DNA from: an uncultured Spirochaetota bacterium
Lineage (GTDB): Bacteria; Spirochaetota; Spirochaetia; SZUA-6; Fen-1364
Assembly: GCA_963734545.1 (NCBI GenBank)
Contig: CAVTHO010000007.1
Coordinates: 384,001 to 448,000, forward strand
DNA: 64,000 nt
Reading direction: 5' to 3'
The notes beneath the pieces were generated by a model that had not been told where the DNA came from, ran no database searches, and saw only the letters and a list, made by a program, of their open reading frames with translations. The stretch's first letter is position 1, and each line of letters starts with the position of its first letter. Made by a program: the position numbers and the translations under genes. Positions 58,825 through 64,000 of the stretch are shown here, piece by piece.

Positions 58825-60030
58825 ATGAAACTGTACAGCAGACGACGAGTGATTGTTCTCTGCGCCCTGCTCGTCACGTGCGCGCTTGCCGCAGGCGGGC
58901 TGGTCACAGACCTTCTCATCGTCCCGCGTCAGACGCGGCATGCGGCGGGGTCATCCAGGAGTGAGACACCCCTCTCCGTTACGCCCGTGCAGTTCACCAG
59001 CACCGTTCCCGCGCTCAAATCAGGAGACCTGACCCCGGACGAGCTGAACAATATCCAGATCTACGACAAGGCGAACAAGGCTGTCGTCTATGTGACGACG
59101 GTGACCATGCAGTACACCTGGTTCTACCAGGCCGCTCCCCAGGAAGGGACGGGATCAGGCGTCATCATCGACCAGCAGGGTCATGTCCTTACCAACTACC
59201 ACGTGATCAGCGGCGCGGACAAGATCAGCATTTCCCTCGCCGACGGCACCGTTGCGGACGGGAAGGTCACCGGCACGGACGCGGAAAATGACCTGGCCGT
59301 TGTCCAGTTCAATCCCCGGGGAAAAACGCTGACCACCATACCATTCGGGGATTCCTCGACCCTTCGGGTGGGAATGAAGGTCCTTGCCATCGGCAACCCG
59401 TTCGGCCTGGATCGAACCCTCACAATGGGAATCGTCTCAGGGCTCGCCCGGCCCCTGCAGACCGAAGACGGATTCCTGATCCGGGAGACCATTCAAACGG
59501 ACGCGGCCATCAACCCGGGCAACTCCGGGGGACCTCTCTTGAACTCGCACGGGGATCTCATCGGCATCAATTCCGCCATCAAGTCTCCCAGCGGCGCCTC
59601 CGCCGGCGTGGGGTTCGCAATCCCCGTCAACATCGCCAAGCGCATCGCGGATGAGCTGATCAGGTACGGGGTGGTCAGGCGGGGCTGGATCGACATCGAT
59701 CCCATCCAGCTTTTCCCCCAGCTCGTGGACTACTTCGACCTGCCTGTGCAGAAAGGCGTGCTTGTCAACGCGGCGGGCGCTGCTGCCCAGCAGTCCGGCC
59801 TCCGCGGCGGAGATCAGAACAAGGCGGTGCGGTCGGGGAGAAAGATCATCTATGGCGGCGGGGACATCATCGTCGCGGTCAACGGCCAGCCCGTTGAAGA
59901 GCTGACAGACCTGTACAATGCGCTGGAGAGCACAAAGCCCGGAGAAATCGTGCAGGTAAAAGTCGTGAGGGGAGGCCAGACCAGGACCCTCAATGTGAAG
60001 CTCGTGACCGCCCCGGCGGGCAGCCAATAG
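58825..60030 (+). CDS. htrA: HtrA/DegP-family serine protease with PDZ domain
   Basis: GSG, TNYHV, DLAV, QTDAAINPGNSGGPL. Confidence 0.93.
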   Translation: MKLYSRRRVIVLCALLVTCALAAGGLVTDLLIVPRQTRHAAGSSRSETPLSVTPVQFTSTVPALKSGDLTPDELNNIQIYDKANKAVVYVTTVTMQYTWFYQAAPQEGTGSGVIIDQQGHVLTNYHVISGADKISISLADGTVADGKVTGTDAENDLAVVQFNPRGKTLTTIPFGDSSTLRVGMKVLAIGNPFGLDRTLTMGIVSGLARPLQTEDGFLIRETIQTDAAINPGNSGGPLLNSHGDLIGINSAIKSPSGASAGVGFAIPVNIAKRIADELIRYGVVRRGWIDIDPIQLFPQLVDYFDLPVQKGVLVNAAGAAAQQSGLRGGDQNKAVRSGRKIIYGGGDIIVAVNGQPVEELTDLYNALESTKPGEIVQVKVVRGGQTRTLNVKLVTAPAGSQ

Positions 60031-60042
60031 CGGACGGCTCCC

Positions 60043-62034
60043 GTGCCGAAGCTCAAGGCGGTGTCAGGTTTCTCCCCGGCGGGAGACCAGGGGCAGGCAA
60101 TCGCACTGCTTGCCAAGGGGGTGAGGGAGAACACCCGATTCCAGACCCTCAAGGGCGTGACAGGGTCCGGCAAGACCTTCACCATGGCCAAGATCATCGA
60201 GGACGCGCAGCTCCCGACGCTCGTGCTGTCGCACAACAAGACTCTGGCGGCCCAGCTCTATCGCGAGTTCAAGGATTTCTTCCCTGAAAACGCCGTGGAG
60301 TACTTCGTGTCCTACTACGACTACTATCAGCCCGAGGCGTATGTGCCGGGCAAGGATCTGTACATCGAGAAGGACGCGTCGATCAACCAGGAGATCGAGC
60401 GCATGCGGCTTTCCGCCACCACGTCGCTCATGGAGCGGCGCGACGTGATCGTGGTCGCGACGGTTTCCTGCATCTACGGATTGGGGAACCCGGAAGATTA
60501 CCGCGAAATGCGCATCGAGCTGAAAAAGGGCGACACGGTGGACATGAGGGAGATCATGCGCCGCCTGGTCTCCCTCCAGTACGAGCGCAATGATGTCGCG
60601 TTCGAGAGGTCGCGGTTCAGGGTGCGCGGCGACGTGCTGGAGATATTCCCTTCCTACGCGCGGGATGCGGTCCGGATCGAGTTCTTCGGTGACGAGATCG
60701 AGAAGATTCGCAAGATCGATCCTCTCTCGGGCGCGGCGGTAGAGGAGATGGAGTTCGCCACCGTCTACCCGGCCAAGTACTTCGTGATGCCCCAGGAGCG
60801 CCTGCGGAACGCGCTTGCCCTGATTCGCGACGAGCTCGCGCAGCGCTACAAGCAGTTCTGTGACGAAGGCAAGCCCCTGGAAGCGGAACGGATCAAGACG
60901 CGTACCGAATATGACCTGGAAATGCTCGAGCAGATGGGCTACTGCTCGGGCATCGAGAACTATTCGCGGCACCTGAGCGGCCGGAAAGAGGGGGAGCGGC
61001 CTGCCGTTCTTCTCGATTTCTTCCCGGAGAAGTTCCTGGCTTTCATCGACGAATCGCATGTCTCCCTGCCGCAGGTGCGCGGCATGTACGAGGGGGACAG
61101 GTCGCGCAAGCTGTCCCTCGTGAAGTACGGTTTCCGGCTGCCCTCGGCGCTGGACAACCGGCCGCTGATCTACAACGAGTTCGAGTCGCTCCTCGACCGC
61201 GCCATATTCGTGTCCGCCACGCCGGGAGAAGAGGAGGCGGCAAAGTCACGCCGGCTCGCCGAGCAGATCATCCGCCCGACGGGGCTCCTGGACCCTCAGC
61301 TGGAAGTGCGCCCGACGGAGGGGCAGATGGAGGACCTCTACCGGGAGATCCAGGTGCAGGTGAAACAAGGCGAGCGGACCCTGGTCACGACTCTCACCAA
61401 GAGGATGGCGGAGGACCTGACGGACTACCTCGGGGAGCTGGGGCTGAAGGTGCGCTACCTCCATTCCGAGATCGAGACGATCGAGCGCGTCGAGATCCTG
61501 AGGGACCTCCGCACGGGCGCCTTCGACGTTCTCGTCGGCATCAACCTGCTGCGCGAGGGATTGGACCTCCCGGAGGTCTCCCTCATCGCCATCCTGGACG
61601 CTGACAAGATCGGATTCCTGCGCTCCGCCACGTCACTCATCCAGACCATCGGCCGCGCGGCGCGGAACGTCAACGGGAGGGTGATCATGTACGCCGACAG
61701 GATGTCGGATGCCATGAAGATCGCCATCCAGGAAACCGGCCGACGGAGGCTGGTCCAGGAGACGTACAACACGGAGCACGGCATCACGCCGACGACCATC
61801 TCAAAGTCCATCCAGGACATCCTGGTCCGCAAACGGGAGGAGAAGCGCAAGTCGGAGGAAGTGAACATCGAGGTGCTCACCAGGAGCTACAATGTCCTTG
61901 TGCCCACGGAGAAGCGCCAGCTCATCCGGGCGCTGGAGGAAGAAATGTTCGAGCTGGCCAAGAACCTCGAATTCGAGCGCGCGGCCGTGGTGAGGGACGA
62001 AATCAGGAAGATCAAGGAAATGTCCTCCACCTGA
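60043..62034 (+). CDS. uvrB: Excinuclease ABC subunit B
   Basis: [36 protein letters not shown] and a UVR tail. Confidence 0.98.
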   Translation: MPKLKAVSGFSPAGDQGQAIALLAKGVRENTRFQTLKGVTGSGKTFTMAKIIEDAQLPTLVLSHNKTLAAQLYREFKDFFPENAVEYFVSYYDYYQPEAYVPGKDLYIEKDASINQEIERMRLSATTSLMERRDVIVVATVSCIYGLGNPEDYREMRIELKKGDTVDMREIMRRLVSLQYERNDVAFERSRFRVRGDVLEIFPSYARDAVRIEFFGDEIEKIRKIDPLSGAAVEEMEFATVYPAKYFVMPQERLRNALALIRDELAQRYKQFCDEGKPLEAERIKTRTEYDLEMLEQMGYCSGIENYSRHLSGRKEGERPAVLLDFFPEKFLAFIDESHVSLPQVRGMYEGDRSRKLSLVKYGFRLPSALDNRPLIYNEFESLLDRAIFVSATPGEEEAAKSRRLAEQIIRPTGLLDPQLEVRPTEGQMEDLYREIQVQVKQGERTLVTTLTKRMAEDLTDYLGELGLKVRYLHSEIETIERVEILRDLRTGAFDVLVGINLLREGLDLPEVSLIAILDADKIGFLRSATSLIQTIGRAARNVNGRVIMYADRMSDAMKIAIQETGRRRLVQETYNTEHGITPTTISKSIQDILVRKREEKRKSEEVNIEVLTRSYNVLVPTEKRQLIRALEEEMFELAKNLEFERAAVVRDEIRKIKEMSST

Positions 62035-62086
62035 TGGCGCGGGGAACCGGTTGTCCTGTTGACGAAAATGAGGAATAGTAGAGACC

Positions 62087-62476
62087 GTGAGTGCCCTCAA
62101 AGCTGCTTTCCTGGCGCTCGTGGTTGCTGCGCCCCTGGCTTCGCTCGTCTCCTGTAACCGCTCGAGAGGGACGGAGCGCGTCATCCTGCCTCCCACTCCT
62201 GTCCTCAGCATCAGGTCCACCTGGGCCGTTGTAAAATCGCCCCTGCTGAGGGTGCGGCAGGATCCTACCAACCAGGCCACTGTCCTCTCGCACATCCGGC
62301 TCGGAGCCATTGTCGAGGTGCTCACCAAGTCGGACAAGGAAGAGTCCCTGGAGAACGAGTCCTCCTTCTGGTACCGCATCGACTACCAGGGCCTCAAGGG
62401 ATGGGTCTTTGGCACGTATATCGAGATATTCGACTCACGGGCCAAGGCGGAAAGCTATGCGGTCAAGCTGCAGTGA
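62087..62476 (+). CDS. SH3 domain lipoprotein
   Basis: Lipobox LVSC; LRVR..P, WYRI...G..GWVFG. Confidence 0.8.
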   Translation: MSALKAAFLALVVAAPLASLVSCNRSRGTERVILPPTPVLSIRSTWAVVKSPLLRVRQDPTNQATVLSHIRLGAIVEVLTKSDKEESLENESSFWYRIDYQGLKGWVFGTYIEIFDSRAKAESYAVKLQ

Positions 62477-62601
62477 GAGCGCGGGAGGGGCTTTTCTCAC
62501 ATTCAAAATGGTCAATCCTGTTTCTTCCTCGGCACACCGCCGCATGAGACGGCGCTGGCATTGACCCCAAACCGATTTTACCGTAGATTGCTGGAACGAC
62601 A

Positions 62602-63639
62602 ATGTCCGCGGTGAATGTCTTGATCGTGGAAAGCGACAGCGAGTGCCTGGCTCTCGAGGAGCAGGCGCTGCAGGATGAGGGGTACGTCCTCCACACCGCG
62701 CGGACGCGGGAGGAGGCGCTGCAGCTGCTCTCCACCCGGGAGATCCAGATTGTCCTCCTTTCCACCGATCTTCGCGCGGAGGACGGATACGAGCTCGCGC
62801 GCACGCTCCGCAAGGAGCAGAAGGAAAAATCGTTTCAACTCCTTCTCCTGGCCCCGGCCCGGGCAGGGGAGGAGATGCGGCAATCGGTAGACGCAGGCTC
62901 GGACGACTTCATTCATAAGCCCTTCGATCAGCACGAGCTGCGGGCGCGCATGCGCGCTGCGCAGAACCGCTGGCAGAATCAGGCGAACCTCGTGAAGGAG
63001 CGTGAGTTCTACCGGATCGCAGTCGCGGAGGAGGAGCGGCTTTCCTCTCTCGTGCTCGACCAGAACCAGAACCTGAAAGACGCATATGACAAGATCCGCA
63101 GGCTGAACGCGGAGCTGGAAAAAGCGAACAGGGAGCTGGAGCAGATCGCTGCGTATGACAGCCTCTCCGGGCTGCTCAACCGGCGGAGCCTCTTTACCCG
63201 GATTTCAATCGAGATCGAGCGGAGCCTTCGGCTCGACGTTCCCCTCACCGGTCTCATGATCGACATCGACCGGTTCAAGAGCATCAACGACAACTACGGC
63301 CACCAGTGCGGGGACACGGTCCTGCACGAGATCGGGGGTCGTCTCCAGGCCGGGCTGCGCAAGTACGACTACGCGGGCCGGTACGGAGGGGAAGAGTTCT
63401 TCGTCGTCCTCTCCAATTCGACCGAGCAGCAGGCATTCGGAATCGGCGAGCGCTTCCGCAAGGACATGGAGGATTCGCAGTTTTCCTGCAGCGGGGAGAG
63501 CTTTACGATAACGGTGTCAATCGGCGTGGCGCGCTACGTGCCGGGTGAAAGCCAGGAATCCTGGATCGAGCGGGCAGACCGCGCCATGTACCAGGCAAAG
63601 CAGGCGGGCCGAAACAAGATCCTGTCCAGCTCGCCGTGA
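62602..63639 (+). CDS. Receiver-coiled coil-GGDEF diguanylate cyclase
   Basis: DSLSGLLNRR, DIDRFK.INDNYGH..GD, RKYD I-site, GGEEF; promoter TTGACC-17-TAGATT at 62561-62589. Confidence 0.93.
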   Translation: MSAVNVLIVESDSECLALEEQALQDEGYVLHTARTREEALQLLSTREIQIVLLSTDLRAEDGYELARTLRKEQKEKSFQLLLLAPARAGEEMRQSVDAGSDDFIHKPFDQHELRARMRAAQNRWQNQANLVKEREFYRIAVAEEERLSSLVLDQNQNLKDAYDKIRRLNAELEKANRELEQIAAYDSLSGLLNRRSLFTRISIEIERSLRLDVPLTGLMIDIDRFKSINDNYGHQCGDTVLHEIGGRLQAGLRKYDYAGRYGGEEFFVVLSNSTEQQAFGIGERFRKDMEDSQFSCSGESFTITVSIGVARYVPGESQESWIERADRAMYQAKQAGRNKILSSSP

Positions 63640-63645
63640 GGCATG

Positions 63646-63999
63646 TCACTCGGGCAGCACGAGACAACGCGCGGGGTCGACCCATACTTCCCTGAGCCCG
63701 TCCCCGGGCTGAGGGTGGCCAGAGTTGCCCGTCCCCGGCAGCATGCATTCCAGCTCGCCCTCCTGCCCGTTTTTCCCCTCCAGCGCTATCCTGATCGCGA
63801 TGCCCGCGGGCTTGAAAACGCGGGAAATGACGTGTGCGTTCGTTCTCACCGTGCGCGGCTGCGGCGCCATTTGGACCGCCTCGGGCCGGACAAGCAGCTT
63901 CTGACCAAGCGGTGGAGGAACGCGCGGAAGCAGCGCGCCCGGATCCGGTGCGGGGAAAACGCCGATTTGAGTGTCCAGGACCCAGGATTCTCCCAGGCG
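63646..63999 (-). CDS. C-terminal TOBE-like region of an ABC ATP-binding protein (partial)
   Basis: Frame is open to the window edge; LLVRPEAV followed by OB-like strands. Confidence 0.6.
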   Translation of the reverse strand, partial: RLGESWVLDTQIGVFPAPDPGALLPRVPPPLGQKLLVRPEAVQMAPQPRTVRTNAHVISRVFKPAGIAIRIALEGKNGQEGELECMLPGTGNSGHPQPGDGLREVWVDPARCLVLPE

Positions 64000-64000
64000 C

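Noticed and set aside
1-64000. CRISPR arrays, IS elements, prophage, rRNA
   Set aside because: I saw no spaced repeats, transposase, integrase, phage or rRNA signatures.

Overview
GC-rich, gene-dense bacterial chromosome window, most likely from a free-living anaerobic member of Spirochaetota (inferred from the Treponema-like rnz, lon, recO-thpR-pdp-recJ-M23-rpsU, Maf pair and acidic-protein neighbourhoods). It holds about 55 protein genes and two convergent tRNA-Met genes; I saw no rRNA, CRISPR array, IS element or integrase. At least eight genes carry single-base frameshifts, mostly in short homopolymer runs, which look like assembly indels. Housekeeping genes include efp/epmA, rnz, lon, recO, recJ, rpsU, rnhA, uvrB and htrA. 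The most notable loci are: (1) a GntR-linked panE/M20 amidohydrolase/Liv-type ABC/ThnT-like Ntn hydrolase/panB cluster lacking panC and panD, which could be a pantetheine/pantothenate uptake-and-degradation or salvage pathway; (2) between the two tRNA-Met genes, gdhA next to a HydCB-like electron-bifurcating module whose A subunit has no catalytic domain and is followed by a stand-alone glutamate-synthase FMN domain; (3) a type III PKS flanked by two methyltransferases; (4) a sigma28-type promoter ahead of an acidic disordered protein, a GAF-like protein and two Maf genes; and (5) a complementary pair of class III cyclase domains next to a His-less PDZ sensor kinase. Functional assignments for these loci are inferences from motifs and gene context.
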